From contig NW_027191404.1 of assembly GCF_041146345.1 (NCBI RefSeq), positions 1 through 64,000 of the forward strand: a stretch of DNA of 64,000 nt. Reading direction: 5' to 3'. The notes under the pieces are model-generated. The model ran no database searches. It worked only from the letters and a program-made list of their open reading frames with translations, and was not told the origin of the DNA. The position numbers were made by a program, and so were the translations under genes. This document shows, piece by piece, positions 33,228 through 47,296 of this stretch (positions are counted from its first letter, which is position 1; each line of letters begins with the position of its first letter). The DNA comes from Neodothiora populina (Eukaryota).

Positions 33228-35020
33228 TTTGTTTTTGTCTTTCCTACCTATCGTTCTCACTCTTTTGATATCGCGTCAGAGGTGCTGCCGAGCGTGGATT
33301 ATGCGCGGGTGAAAGCGTCTGCTGGGGAGTTGAAGGGAGCCGTGCACGTCTCTGATGGCACATACCATTCCGCCCTATCAGATATCATGTTGGTAGCAGA
33401 TTGGACTGATCTCGACAATACTTCTGCAACTGAATTTGATTATACGATAGGGTTTCTATGCCGACTGTTGACGATGCCGTGTCCGCTCTAGCGAAACAGG
33501 AAATATCGTTCTCCATCTCCATTAACAATTTAATAACTGCAGAGACTCTCCATGTTGTTAAAGAAAGCAGCCTGTTGACTCAGGTATGCTTCCAGAACAG
33601 CGTTGTTGAGCTTCTGATAAGATCCCAAGATTGGCGAAATACGAGTACCGTGAGAATGTATTGTATGAACTTCCTGTGCTAATGTAAACGAAGTTTTGTG
33701 CCTGAAATGTTGTAAGCTTCGCCAAGCTTATTTATACGAAGATAAACGCCTATCCAAGGCTGCCATATAACTCAACTGATGGCTATCACATCTATGCCAT
33801 GCTGGACCTGCGTTCAGCACGATCAGCCTGGTAGTCGTATAGCGGGTGTATCACAAGTCGATGCTGGACCGTCCATCTCTGCCTCGACAAGAGAAAAGTG
33901 AACGACCATCGCTACTCCTGCAACTGCGAAAGCTAGCTTAGCCTTCTCTCCTGTCAGCCTCGTTTCTATCAAAGCTCCTAGGCCTCAGGATCTTAGTATT
34001 GGACCGGGCAGAAGATCAGTGAAACCGGTCGGGCAAGGATATAGATAGTGAGGCGGCAAAGCAGTTGGGGATTGGTTCTAGGAGATCCCTCTGTATAGCG
34101 ACGTTACGACGTTAACTCTAGGTTGTCGATGGTGGGATATCTACATCCACTTACTGGGCATCGACATTGTTGCTGATGAGATGATCTTCAGTGCTCCTTT
34201 TCGGGTAGACATTGATCCAAGGACATTTAAAGCCTGGCAAACTACGTGCCGAGGCTCGAGTGTACGCCTAAGGTCAATACCACGTGGTGAATCCTGTGCA
34301 GTGTGAGCCTAGACGACCTTATAGTAGAACATAGCCTTCATATTGGCTCAGCTCGAGCAAGTACTACAGAACTCATTCGTTGTGTCTGTCTTCGTGCCTT
34401 GTCAAAGCCGGCATATTCAGGTCGTCCGTGAACAAATTGAATCTCTGAGAGTCTTCAATGCCGCCGAGGGCTCGCTTGATAGTGAGTGTGAAAGCTATGT
34501 TCTTGCAGAACGCTTATGAATGGCATGACTCGCAAAGCACCGGAGCTGGTCGTCGTGAGACTATACTGACATGCTTGAGGAGTACTGTAAGGTATATCCC
34601 TAGCTTCCTTGCCTATGGTTCACGTGGAATGCCCATCTCACACATGAAGAAGAGAGAAAAAAAGACAAGATTGTTGGAGAGGGTCTGGGGGTATTACTCT
34701 TTTCAATTATTTCATAATAAATTATATTATAATCTTACGTTGTGTGTTCCAGGCCTAGACGCGCTGAACATCGGTGGCATTCTTTTCGAAAACAAGCACT
34801 TTGTTTCTTTCTTCTTTCAACAATTAATCTCTCGGAGTCTATCGTTTTCTTCTTCTAATAGATCCAATTGAATGATTGTATATGCCAATAGAGACCCGGT
34901 CGACATTTCTTTGCCCGCTTAGCGAGTGAGGGGCAATAACCATTTCTTTTTATTTGACAATGATGACACCCCAGCTCGAAAAGAGTCAAATCAGTCTAGA
35001 CCACTGACAGATTTCGTAAT

Positions 35021-35850
35021 CTAGAAGTTGACCTTGGCGACGGTCTGGTAGAAAGCCTCACCCTGCTTGGTGGCGAGCTCAATCTCCTTGGCGGAAGGCT
35101 GGCGGGAACCGTCGGGGGCCTGTTTTGGTCGTGTCAGTATTGTCAACAGCATCAATGGCTCGATTTTATCAACTTACGGCGAAGGTACCGGCACCCCAGG
35201 GGGATCCACCGCGGACCTCGGAGAGATCGGCGAGGAGAGGGAAGACGGTCTTGTAACCGAGAGGGACGTAGATCATGCCGTGGTGAGCAAGAGTGCTGAG
35301 GGCGGCGACGACGGTGGACTCCTGGCCACCACCGGGGGTAGCGGTGGAGACGAAGACACCGGCGTACTTGCCCCAGAAGGCACCAGACTGCCATTGGCCA
35401 CCGGTATGGTCCCAGAAGGCCTTGAATTGGGCAGGGAAGTTGCCTGTTTCCTGTCAGCTGACTGCTTCTATGCTTGTACAGGACACGGAGAAGAGGAAAA
35501 CAAACATACCGAATCTGGTGGGGATACCGAAGAGGAAGGCATCGTATGACTCAAGGATCTTGGGGTCGTTGAGGACGGGGTAGTCGGGCTTGGGGGCGGC
35601 GTACATCTTGGTCAGGACCTCCTGGGGGAGAGTCTCAGGGACCTGGTAGATGTCGACGGAACCACCAGCGGCTCTGATACCAGCAGCCTCGGCCTCGACC
35701 AACTTGGTGATGTGGCCGTACATGGAGTACTGTATGGATGTTAGTCGCCACCAATGTGCCATGCCATGCCACTGCTCAGGTGTCGCCGAGCTCAGTAGCT
35801 GCTCGAAAAGGGAAATGACATACGAAGACGATAGCGATCTTGGGAGCCAT
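35021..35850 (-). CDS. Flavodoxin-like NAD(P)H:quinone oxidoreductase (WrbA/Pst2/Ycp4 family)
   Basis: Introns 35823-35730, 35509-35444, 35177-35120. [53 protein letters not shown]. Confidence 0.95.
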
Positions 35851-37906
35851 GTTTGCGGTGTTTGTGTGTTGTTTGGGTGGAGATAGAAGAGAGTCAAAAA
35901 AACAAATGTGGACGGGAGAGGAAGAGAAAGTAGAGACAAGAAACGGGGGAGGTATTATACTATGGGACGGTAGGGATCGATCTCGCAAAGACAAGAGCTC
36001 TGTCTGTTTCTCTGTTGCTCTCTGTAATAATAGGAGCTTACCGAATAATTAAGGGTAATTTCATGTCCCCACGATCCGGCTCTGCATTCCCCAATCAAAT
36101 CACCCCACTAGTAGCGAATAGCAGATAGCGCAGGTACAGTAAAGCGACTGTGGTTCGAGCATTGGCAGGCTTACAGCAGGAGAGAGGAATGCGTGCTAAG
36201 TGGCGGTTAGTAAAAGCCAATAACTCGCCCGTTGCCTGTTGCCCGTTGGCGCCATGTTTATAATCAGCAAGAGAAAGAAAGTCTGGTTCGGATCGTCGTC
36301 GTTGGCTGGAGAGCGGAACGACGACGCTGCCTGCAGGCTTCTTTCTGCTGCTGCTCGCATTACTATGCCTCATCCACAGCTGCTCCGTAATTCCGCCATC
36401 CGGACTACCCTGTCTGTCTCTGAGGGTACTGTACCTGGCACTACCGCTCATAGTGGTCATCTAGCGTCCTTTTGACCACCTTTTTCTCTCGACCCTTGCA
36501 GCAGCATCATTGAGCGACACAGCGAACGGGGCTCGAATGATCTAGACTTGGTATTGACAAGCTGGTCGGTTGATTGGTCACTCTCTCACTCTCTGTTGGC
36601 CCATCTACCGCAAGCCACGCTTGACCCTGCTTTTGCCTTTCTTACGCATCTAAAACGTCCTCTTAGTCGTACAGACACCGCTTATACCACAATAATCGAT
36701 AGTAAGCAGTGCACGTATTGCTCTTCTGCTTTTCTTTGTTCATCATCATGGCTTCAACGCCCAATTGACCTCTGATGACGCGATAGAAGCATCGCAACGC
36801 AATAATATCTGCTAAGAGCAAGTCTTGATAATCATCACCAAAGTGATCAACAAAGAAAGACGTACGTGACGTGCCTTAGGTTACACACCACCTACCTAGA
36901 CATGTGGGGTCCGATGGGTCGAACATGAGGAGAGGACCACGCAAGAGCAGATCTCGAGGTCCTTGGTATGGTGTAATCTACAGTACACGTATCCATATTA
37001 TTCTGGCCCCGCTCGAGAAGAAAACGTACGACGCGCCAGCCGGCCAGCCAGCCGCCACAATTTGCTGTACAGAGGAAAGAACAAAGAGAAACCAGTGGAG
37101 TCCTAACAGACGATTATCATTGCCTCAGTTAACCCGTCCATACTTCCATTAGATGTCGCCATTTCAGACCCTTGAGCTATTATCATCGTCGACTATCGTA
37201 TGTTAATGGCACAAGCATGATGCCTTGATGTACCACTCCACTGTGTGATGGACGATAGTACCACTTTCTTTGTCCCTTTGCCTGGTCGCTCCGCTTGAAT
37301 TTGTGTCTTTCCCTTTACGTGTGTCAAACTTGCTCATACTGTAATTGCATGTCCTGCTTATGCCTGTGAGTGGAACAGCAGAGGCTTTCTTCTCCTTCTC
37401 GGATATACGCGGAACAAGGTAAGCTCTTTCCTCCATCCGTTGGAGCTTACTGTATTTCTCCGAACAGGGTCGTCGTTGGAAAAGGCACCTTGATGGGCGG
37501 GGTGCACATGCATACATGCATACTTGCATACTGCACTTACTCGTGATGGTTACAGAAACACGTACGACAATTATAAAAGACAGAGGGAGTGAACTGATGG
37601 ATCAATTATGTTGATTTTGCTTCGCCTTGGTCTTACGGTAGATGGAATCACACCACTGCAGACAGCACACGTCAAGGACGGCACTTTGACATCGAGTAGT
37701 GTCTTCATGTTTTGTGTGATATTATGTCTCGTGAAGTTGATCAGGACATTTCGTCGTCGCTTCAGACATTACTCTCTCCGTTCCATAATCCGGACACATT
37801 TACATACATTACAGGTGGTTTACTTGTCCATAAGCTACTTTTCTGGTCTAGCAGTACATCCGCCCATTCCACTCTCTCCCTCACTTCTCTTTCTTGATTA
37901 GATCTT

Positions 37907-39090
37907 CTACCAAACAGAACCGTTGCTGCGCTGGTAATAGTGCAGTGCACCAGGAGCCTTTGCGCACGAAGAGCCCGATCCGGTGGTATTGGTAGGCAAC
38001 CAAGCACCAGACTGAGGGCGACCATACGCATGGAAATAGTACCACACCTCAGAAATCACAGTCCGGCCGCTGTCCGTCGAGTTTGCGCCGGCGGCAGTCT
38101 CGTTGTATCTAGGTCCGCTGCAGCCGATATAAGGCAGCGCGCCGTAGCCCTTGTTCAAGGCGGACTGGAAGCTGCTGAGCGAGTATGTCGTCGTGTTGCT
38201 GGGTTTGATGCCCGCGCTGGCGAGGAAGTCCCAGGTCGGCAGGCGGCGGTAGTACATGATTGCCGTCTGGAAGAAGTCGACGACTTCTTCGTGCTCGACG
38301 TATTCCGGTCCGTAGCAGGGCACGTCGAAGGTCGAGTAGCAGGTTGCGTGTTTGCTGAATTCGTGGCCCCAGAAGTCTGAGTTGGGCGCGCCTTGGTTGA
38401 TCCCTGTAGGGGTCATGTGTCAGGTTCTTGTTCTTCGTACATTGCTCGTGCATATGCTCTTCTTCGGCGGGTTCAGCGTACAGTACTTGTTCATCCAGGC
38501 GAGTAGATCGAAACGCTCAAAGGGCTCGAGGAAAGTGCCGATGTTTGGACCGGTGTAAGGAGGAACGACGGTGCCTGTTGATTTTTACACATCAGCTTCT
38601 CTTCTTTATATCCTTAAAGAGATCACTTTACCATTGGGAAGACTGTTGGTAGTGTTGGGCGACGGCGTAGGATCGTACTGTCTATCCAAGTCGCAGTACT
38701 GGGTGTAACTCCCATTGCAATAGTCGGGCCACAGACCATGCAGAGTCCACGAGTCCGCCGGGAGCAGCTGTCCCTCGGACTCGAGCCCGGTGTATATGCT
38801 CCAGAACTGGGTGCTGAGGAAGAGGCCGCCGTATGTTTCGACGCAGCAAGAGTCGACGAGGGAAGGGTTGGCTTTGCTCGAGCAGGATAGGACGGCGCTC
38901 GAGTCGGCTGTTGATGATCAGTGTAAGCTTGACTTCTCTATAGTAACGAGGTCAGAAGAAGCTCTGGAGCAAATGACATACTTATCTGGCACGTATGATT
39001 GACATTGCTCTCGCCATACAGGGAAACAGAAGCGACAGTAGACGCCAAAAGTCCAGCGACAGCAGCGGTAGTGGCAACGACCGACATCAT
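37907..39090 (-). CDS. Secreted ribonuclease T2
   Basis: Signal-peptide-like N-terminus; introns 38981-38908 and 38631-38575; CAS I WTLHGLWPD and CAS II FWGHEFSKHATC. Confidence 0.95.
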
Positions 39091-40479
39091 CTTTCCTGTT
39101 GATCACCCAAGAACAAACGAAAGAGTATCTCTGGTTTCAAAAGCAGAAAACAAAAAGACATGATGATCGTCGGCTCTCTATTTATGCTCTTCCTCTCTTA
39201 GAGTTTTGCCTACATGGAAATCGTAAAGAGTAAAGCCAACTCGCCCGCTCGCCCACCCCATGCTTTCTTGTGTTATCGATTACCAACTTCCCTTACCTGA
39301 CTCTTGACAATGCATAATGGAGCTATCATAGGTAGCCCTTTGCGAAGATGATGCATGCATGAGAGGCACGGCGGCCGGCCCCACAACCCAGCCAGATGAT
39401 AAACAGATAGACAGATAGAGATAGATAAAAGAAAACAAGGTTCAGGACCTACATTGCATTACATTAACCAAGATCTCTATCTCTCATCTTCCTATCTCCG
39501 CCTCCGCGCAAGCGAACGACAACAAGAGAACAAAACACAGACCAGGAACCAGCAGAGCCGGAGGTCGTGCAGCAATAGATAAAGATGATTGGCGATGATG
39601 ATAACTCAATGCTTGAAGCAACGATGAGGTGCTTTTAGCCGCGGCTTCGCGCGCGATGACGGCGAGCCAGCCAGCCAAGCAACCTCAACAAGGAAGGTAC
39701 TTGGACCTCTCGAGGTTCAGAGGGCCAGAGGCCAGAGAGACGAGGTTCTTTTACCGCCGGAGTGCTCCGATGTCCTTTTATTGTAAAGCTGTGTGCTTGA
39801 CCACTTTACCCTAGGGGTAGGTACCTTACTCGTACTGTTCGGTAAGGTGCCTTCGTTCAGCACGTCGCTCGTTCGCTTAAGATGGTTGGCTCGGTTGGCT
39901 CGGTTGGATGGTCGAGTCGCATGTCCTTGGCGAACGCATGATGTCAGGGTATTCTTTGATGCACTGACTTACGGTAAGGTAGGTGTCTTACCGAGGGATA
40001 GTATGCTAAGGTGCGGTAGCCAATCAATTATGCGAGATGATCAGAGTCTCTTGCATGCCAGGGACGAGCAAGGGGACACGGGATATCGTGTACATATGTC
40101 TGTACCTATGAACAACGTCGAGAATGCTGTGAATGGATGCCTGCGTACTATGTCCTATTGTAGTAAATGTTAAGCATGATTGACAAGGTGGATCAAAAAG
40201 GAATACAAGACGCTCCGCTCTGCATACATAGCACGGTAAAACACAATTAACAAAGCATAATCGTCGATGCTTCACATTATCTTCCAACGCTATAGACAAG
40301 TCAGGGGTAAGCACATATACCGAGACACGGCACGAAGTCTACCAAGCAGATCACATATAGTATCATATTACACCTCTTATTCCCCCCGCTTCCAAATATG
40401 GTGGGCAAAATTAGCTGCTTCAGTTACTAAATATCTATAAATGTACAATGTCTGTAAGCAAATCCCACAGGTTCGAAAG

Positions 40480-41688
40480 TCAAGACAAGTTGCCTGGCGC
40501 GACAATCTGTTTGGCCAGATTAAGAGTGTAGAGTCTCTGCTGAGCCAGAACAACCAGGACGTCGCCTGCCAGAGCAAAGTTCGCAATGGCCAGAGCGGAG
40601 TTGGGTACGAGAAGAGAAGTTGAAATAATGGTTCCGATGGTCTTGCCGTCAGGAGCCTGAACCCAGATGCCGGCGTAGTCTGCTGTCCACACATTGCCTG
40701 CGTCGTCGACCTTCATACCGTCGGCGAGACCAGAGCGGGTGAGACCGAACATGCTCTTGGTGACAGGAAGGCCGTCGGCGTTCAGGTCGTACTCGTAGAT
40801 GGCGCCGTTGCCCCAGCTGGAATTGGCGGCACCGGAGAGTCCGGACATGGATGAGTCCCCGACGTAGAGCTTGGTGCCGTCCGCGTTGGCTCTGACACCG
40901 TTGGGGATGGCAACGTCAGATCTCGGAATGACAGGTCTGAGGCTCTTTCTGGCTGGGTCGAATCTCCAGACAGCGTTTTGCAGAAGAGGAGCCGGGTTGT
41001 CCTTGAGAGCAGGGAAAGTGCCGGTCAAGGCAGGAGCGCCGAGGTCGGTGAAGAACATGTAGTCTTTGCCACCAACATTCACCCATGCCATGTCGTCGAT
41101 GTAGTTGAAGCGAAGACCAAAGTAGGAGTTAATGACGGTGGTGACATGCTTGGTGGCGGGATCGATTGCGACGATGCCGCCGGCGTGGGTGGCGTTTCCG
41201 GCAGTGGTGAAGTACATGGTGCCGTTGTAGTAATAAGCACCGTTGGGATTGGGAATTGGGTCTCCGGTGAAGACTGGCGTCGAGACAGAGTTGTTCACCA
41301 GGTTCAGGATCGAAATGGTACTGGCCGGCACTCCTTCGACGGTGCTGCTGAACCACACCTCATTCCTGTCGGATGCCCAGGCTCCACCCTCGGAGGCAAA
41401 GGGCTCATCTCGCTGCTCGACGAGCTGGAAGTTTGCAGTCTGGCCGATGATGTCCAGGAAAGAGTCGTCGTAACTCAGAAAGCTGGCATTCTTGGTAGAC
41501 CCAAACAGAGTGTTCAGGGAGGCATCTGTCGTGGTGGTGGTCGTGGTCCAGCTGTTGAAGCTGCCGGTGTCGTTGCCCTCAAAGGTGGGCGTGAGCACAT
41601 AAGCATTCTCCGCGTTGATGGAAGCCACGCGGGTCCCCTGGGCCACGGAGAAGACGCCCGAGCAGAGAATTAATGTTGAGATCGACAT
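40480..41688 (-). CDS. Secreted SMP-30/gluconolactonase-family beta-propeller
   Basis: 402-aa intronless ORF; signal peptide; NPNGA, NSYFGLRFNYIDD, PNGVR, ADGMKVDDAGNVW motifs. Confidence 0.88.
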   Translation of the reverse strand: MSISTLILCSGVFSVAQGTRVASINAENAYVLTPTFEGNDTGSFNSWTTTTTTTDASLNTLFGSTKNASFLSYDDSFLDIIGQTANFQLVEQRDEPFASEGGAWASDRNEVWFSSTVEGVPASTISILNLVNNSVSTPVFTGDPIPNPNGAYYYNGTMYFTTAGNATHAGGIVAIDPATKHVTTVINSYFGLRFNYIDDMAWVNVGGKDYMFFTDLGAPALTGTFPALKDNPAPLLQNAVWRFDPARKSLRPVIPRSDVAIPNGVRANADGTKLYVGDSSMSGLSGAANSSWGNGAIYEYDLNADGLPVTKSMFGLTRSGLADGMKVDDAGNVWTADYAGIWVQAPDGKTIGTIISTSLLVPNSALAIANFALAGDVLVVLAQQRLYTLNLAKQIVAPGNLS

Positions 41689-43460
41689 CGGTGGTTTTGG
41701 GTATGGAGGGTCGAGTCGTGCAGGACTTCGCTGCTTTTATGTACAAAGCATCACGACATCAGGGCTGGAAGGGCAGCAGCAAGTGGTGCGGTATAACCAC
41801 GAGTCAGCATGGCTCGATACTGTCCAAATCAAACACATGGTATTGCAATTGGTGGGCTCTACTCTGAGCTCTGACTGCCGAGCTGCCGATTCGTGGCTCT
41901 CACACACACTACACATTGAGCTGTTTTTTTTTCTTTCTGATATGGGTTGGGAACGTCGAGCCATTGCGGCGGTATCGAATTTCGCAATGGGCGCAGCATG
42001 TTGGCTGTCTGATCCGGTGGTTCAGCGCACTCATTCTGTAACATGTTGAAGAGGAGTGTGCGGCAGGGATGAACCATAACAAAGCTTCGCTCAAGCTTCT
42101 CCACATGAACTCCGGGCTCCAGTCCACGTGCGGTATGGCGCTTATGTAAGAGTTACACACAAGCGCAAAGGGTTCCGGCGCTGTGCCGGATGATCATGAC
42201 ATTGATGCTGGGCCCACGACTAAAGGAGACAAAGGTGGAATTCGCAACAGGGGTGCGGCATACCATAATATGAACGGCTTGGCGCTGGATCAAGCCCTCG
42301 CTTGCTGCAGTGGTATCTTCTGTCGACGCTTTCGCAGGCCGAGTCAAGTGGTGAAGGTTGAAGTTACATCTTGACGAGCTCGAGCCCGGGCGAGCACAGA
42401 GTGCGAGTGGCCGTCTCCTGCGGCAGGTGATCCGGCAAGGCACGGTGCGGAACAGTCGCCATTGCGTCGAGATATAGATTGGACATACAAGGAGGTTTAT
42501 CTGAACAAGGTGCGGATATTGAAAACACACACCCCGAACAGACGGGGGCCGTCGGGGTAGACGCCTGCGGGTCCGGATCGACAGTGCTTGCTGTACTTCT
42601 GCGTGCTGTGCAGACGAATGCCCTGCAAGGTACAATTGGAAATAGATTTTGGCAACGCAGGTCTTCATCTAACCCTGCATGTCATGTTTACGTTGATGGT
42701 CTGGAATACGTCGGGCATGGTCTGGATCGTGGCCGTGGGTTATTGGTGTTCGGGCAGGATTACTGTCTCCTGCGGTCAGTGTCAAGGTAACACCGACCGG
42801 GCCCAGCGCATTGTATAGGGCATGGACGAAGAGTTCAGCGAGTGTTTTCGGTTGGTGCCGGGCCGTGATGACAGAGACAAGCGCGAGCATGTGAAAGTGG
42901 TCAGCATCGGCGCTGTACTTGGTGTCGATGATGGAGACTGTATCTCTGGTGGGCTCGTGGCCAGTGTATGAGCTTCGCAATGAATCCAGGCTGTCGGGGA
43001 TGACCCTCGTGTCTGCGCAAGGATGAAAAAAATCAACAGCATTGCGATCTTCCGTCTTCGCTTTTCACGCTTCTCTTTCAGGGGGGACTGAGGGGCGGTG
43101 GAAAACCACGCTTCGTATGTGTGGCAAGACTACTATGGTACGCGCAGTCCAATGGTCCTCGGTGGACATGCTATCTCTACGCTATCCGCAGCACCGCACG
43201 CACTTGTTACATACAGCCGATTCTCGTACATGACTGTCATAAGCTTGCTGAAACTCGCAAGTGATTGTTTTCTCGCCTTTCGTTTCCTTGTCAAGTTAAG
43301 TTGACGCATTTCCACGGCTGTTGAAAGAGCCGGCTGTTTTGAATAACCCATCCTGATCCGGAACACCGTCGCTGTTGAAGAAATGAAAACAGATTGTTGA
43401 ATGATTTGTTTTGTGTAGACGAGGCTTCTCTGTAAGCACAGGTCAAGTCCGTCCGAACGC

Positions 43461-46400
43461 TTAGAAGAGGCCGTCGATCTCGCCGGTCTCGGTGTCGACA
43501 TCGACGTTGAGGTAACCGGGAGCAGTGGGCAAACCAGGAATGGTCTGGATATCGGCCGCGAGGGCGTAACTGTAGATTATTCGGTTAGCGAGTGCAAAAA
43601 GTGCGGATTCAGATGTGACTTACAGGTAACCAGCACCGGCAGCCATCCTGACGTCTCTAATCGGCACAGTGAAGCCGGTAGGTGCGCCCTTCAATTCGGG
43701 GTCGTGAGACAGAGAGTACTGCGTCTTGGCGATACAGATGGGGAGGTTTCCGAAACCCTGCTTGGTGTAGGTGTCGACCTTCTTCTGGGCGAGCTCGCTG
43801 AACTCGACAGCGCCGGCGCCGTACATCTTCTTGGCGATGGCCTCGATACGCTCCTGGACAGAGCCGTCGACCGAGTAAAGGAGCTTGAACTCCTCGGCGT
43901 CGGCCTTTTCGCAGGCGGAGACGACACCCTTGGCGAGGTCGACAGCACCCTTGCCGCCCTCGGCCCAGTGGTTGGCCGGGATGGCGTCTTCGGCACCGGC
44001 GGCGAGAGCCTCCTCGCGGATGACGGCAACCTCGGCCTCGGTGTCCGTCTCGAACTTGTTGATGGCAACGACGACCTTGACGCCGAACTGGCGGGCGTTC
44101 TCGATCTGCTTCTTGAGGTTGACACAGCCCTTGCGCAGGATGTCGACGTTCTCGGTGCGGTAGATCTCGTGGAGCTGAGCGCCGGGAGCGATGGGAGGAC
44201 CACCACCGTGAGTCTTGAGGGCACGGACGGTGGCGACGATGACAACAACGTCGGGCTTGAGGCCGGAAGAGCGGCACTTGATGTTGAAGAAACGCTCACC
44301 TCCCATTGTGAAGTCGAAACCAGCCTCTGTGACGACGAAGCCGACCTTGGCGTTGTGGTCCTCATCGGGCTCGGTACCGGCAAGCTTGAGAGCGAGCTTG
44401 TCGGCGAGGACGGAGGAGGCGCCAATGGAGATGTTGGCGAAGGGCCCAGCGTGGACGAAGACGGGGGTACCCTCGAGGGTCTGCATGAGGTTGGGCTTGA
44501 TGGCGTCCTTCATGAGGGCAGTGAGGGCACCGCCAGCGCCAATGTCGTCGCAAGTGACCGGGTCGCCGCTGCGGGAGCTGCCGATGACCATGCGGCCGAG
44601 TCTCTCGCGCATGTCGGCGAGGTCGTTGCTGAGCGCGAGCACGGCCATGCACTCCGAGGCAACGGAGATGTCGAAGCCCGTCTCTCGGCTCTGGCCCTTC
44701 TCCGTGGGCGCAGTGCCGACGGTGATGCCACGGAGATGTCTGTCGTTGACGTCGAGCACGCGGCGCCAGGTGATGGTCTCGGGGTCGATGTCGAGACGGG
44801 CGAACTTGCGGATCTCCTCGTCGGTGAGGTCGTCAGGGTTGGTCTTGTCGATGCCGAGCTTCTTGAGGCGGCGGAACATGATGGGGACAAACTCCCTCTT
44901 GCCCTTCTTGGCGGGCACCAGTCGGCGGAACAGGGGACCGTCCTTCTGGGTGTTCTCGTGGAACATTCTGGTCTCGATTGCGGCAGCGAGCAGGTTGTTG
45001 GCGGCGGTGATGGCGTGGATGTCGCCGGTCAAGTGGAGGTTGAACTCGTCCATGGGGATGACCTGCGAGTAGCCACCTCCTGCGGCACCACCCTTGATGC
45101 CGAAGGTGGGACCCTGGGAAGGCTGGCGCACGTTGGCGAAAGCGATGCGGCCGAGGTGGGCAGAGAGTGCCTGGGTCAGACCGATGGTGGTGGTCGACTT
45201 GCCCTCGCCGAGAGGGGTCGGGGTGATGCCGGCGACGAGGACGTAGCGACCGTTGCTGCGGTGCTCGAGACGCTTCAACAGGCTGAGCTCGACCTTGGCC
45301 TTGTGTGCTCCATAGAGCTCCAGCTCGTGCGGTGTGATTCCCACCTCTTGTGCGATCTTGCTGATGTGCTTGGGGTGCTGGGCGCGCGAGATGGCGATGT
45401 CCGAGGGGACGGGCTGCTGGAGCTTGAGCGGCAGAGGAGCGACGTGACGGGCCTTTTGCTGGTCAAAGTATCTGGTGGCCGAGTCGACGACGTTCTGGAG
45501 CAGCATGGCGACGGTCATCGGGCCAACACCGCCGGGGACGGGGGTGATCTTGGAAGCGACGTCGACGGCGGATGCGTAGTCGACATCACCGACGAGGCGC
45601 TGACCAGACTTCTTGGTGTCGTCGGGAATGTAGTTTGTGCCAACGTCGATGACGACGGCGCCCTCCTTGAGCCACTCGCCCTTGACGAAGCCGGCGACAC
45701 CGATGGCGGCGACGACAATGTCGGCCTGCTTGACCATCTCTGGCAGGTTCTGCGTCTTGGAGTGGCACACGGTCACCGTGGCATCGGCGTTCTTGAGCAG
45801 GTACGACACAGGGCTGCCGACAATGTCGCTGCGGCCAATGACGACGGCGTTCTTGCCCTTGGGGTCGACGCCGCTCTCCTTGAGCAGGACCATGACACCC
45901 TTGGGGGTGCAGGGAGTGAAGAGAGGGTGGCCTCCGCGCTTGGCGAGCTCGCCGATGTTGATGGCGCCGAAGCCATCGACGTCCTTTTGGTCTGACACAG
46001 CCGAGGTGACGGCGTGCTCGGAGATGTGCTTGGGGACGGGCAGCTGGACGAGGATGCCGTGCACGGAGGAGTCGTTGTTGAAGGCCTCGATGTGGTTCAG
46101 CAGCTCGGCCTCGGTGATGTCCTCGGGGTATTTCTGCAGGTTGCAGACAATGTTGGCCTCCTCGGCGGCCTTGAGCTTCATGCGCACATAGGTGCTGCTG
46201 TCGGAGCGATCGCCGACTTGGATGATGGTCAGAGAGGGGATGTAACGCGGGTTGCGTTCCTGATCGGCCTTGATCTGCTGGCCGATTCGCTCGCGAATGG
46301 ACTTTGCGATGGCATTGCCATCGATCTTGTCGGCAGTCATGGCGCGCAGGGTTGACGAAAAGCCTCGAGGGTGTTGCGAGGCAATGGTCAGAGCAGAGTG

Positions 46401-46526
46401 TGTTGGTAAAGAGGAAAAGGAAGAAATGCCACTTCTATAAGAAGCTGAATTCAGAGTCAGACGCAGATGCAGAGTTTGGCCCCGCGGCAGGGACAGACGG
46501 GCGGCGCTGATCAATCGACCGCGCAT
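43461..46526 (-). CDS. ADE3: Trifunctional C1-tetrahydrofolate synthase (Ade3/Mis1 orthologue)
   Basis: Exons 46526-43624 and 43569-43461. Dehydrogenase/cyclohydrolase motifs ([37 protein letters not shown]) and synthetase motifs ([31 protein letters not shown]). Second in-frame ATG at 46340. Confidence 0.97.
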
Positions 46527-47296
46527 TACTACAGGAAATGACTGGTGGAGCGACGACAGATAGATAGAGAGAGCAAAGGATTCGGGAAAAAAGTGTTCGA
46601 TAAGGATAAGGTAACGTACAGGCAAAAGAATGACTGGGAAAAGAGATCTACACAATCGGCAGACGAAAAGGGCACGGGAAATGGGTGCCTATATTATGTT
46701 ATTTCTGTTACGACCCTGGCTTTATCACAGAAAAGTGACTCGCAAGCACACAAAAAAAAAGGGTAGTGTCGGAGCTTTCTAAGAGGTAAAAGGGCAGCGG
46801 TAACGGCGAGAAAGGATGATGCAAGTGCAGCAGAGAAGTGTCGATCTTATCTTATCGAACCAGTATGCCTACTTGTGTAGGGTATCTTTTTGCCTTTCGG
46901 TGGCTCCAACGAGATATTATTCTCTCGCACGAGAGAGCGCGAGACGAGCGTGTCATCTGGCTAAGGTGCTGTACCTACCTAGTGTCATGCAGGAGCGAAG
47001 AGGTAGTCACATCATCGACACAAGCTTCGGCGGGGTTTCGTAAGAGGATTGAGCAATTGAACAAAACTAATGCCAAGATTTGGAGCAGATGTGCAGATGC
47101 AAGTCTTGGCAAGCAAGAAAGTCGGCGGGCGGAAACGGGGTCTGTGCGCAGTGAATTTTGGAGGTGGTGGAGGAATTGGTGGATTATTATTGGGAAGGAG
47201 CGAACAGGCAGAAGCAGCCGCAGAAGCAGCCGCCGTACAGACAACCTCTTGTCTTCTCTCGTCTTTGAATCAAATCATCAACCACACCACGCCAAG

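Noticed and set aside
42153..43042. Overlapping 86-171 aa ORFs between the lactonase and C1-THF synthase
   Set aside because: No motif and no coherent exon chain could be built; may be a relic but unsupported.
43704..45995. 763-aa plus-strand ORF
   Set aside because: Antisense mirror of C1-THF synthase with typical shadow composition.
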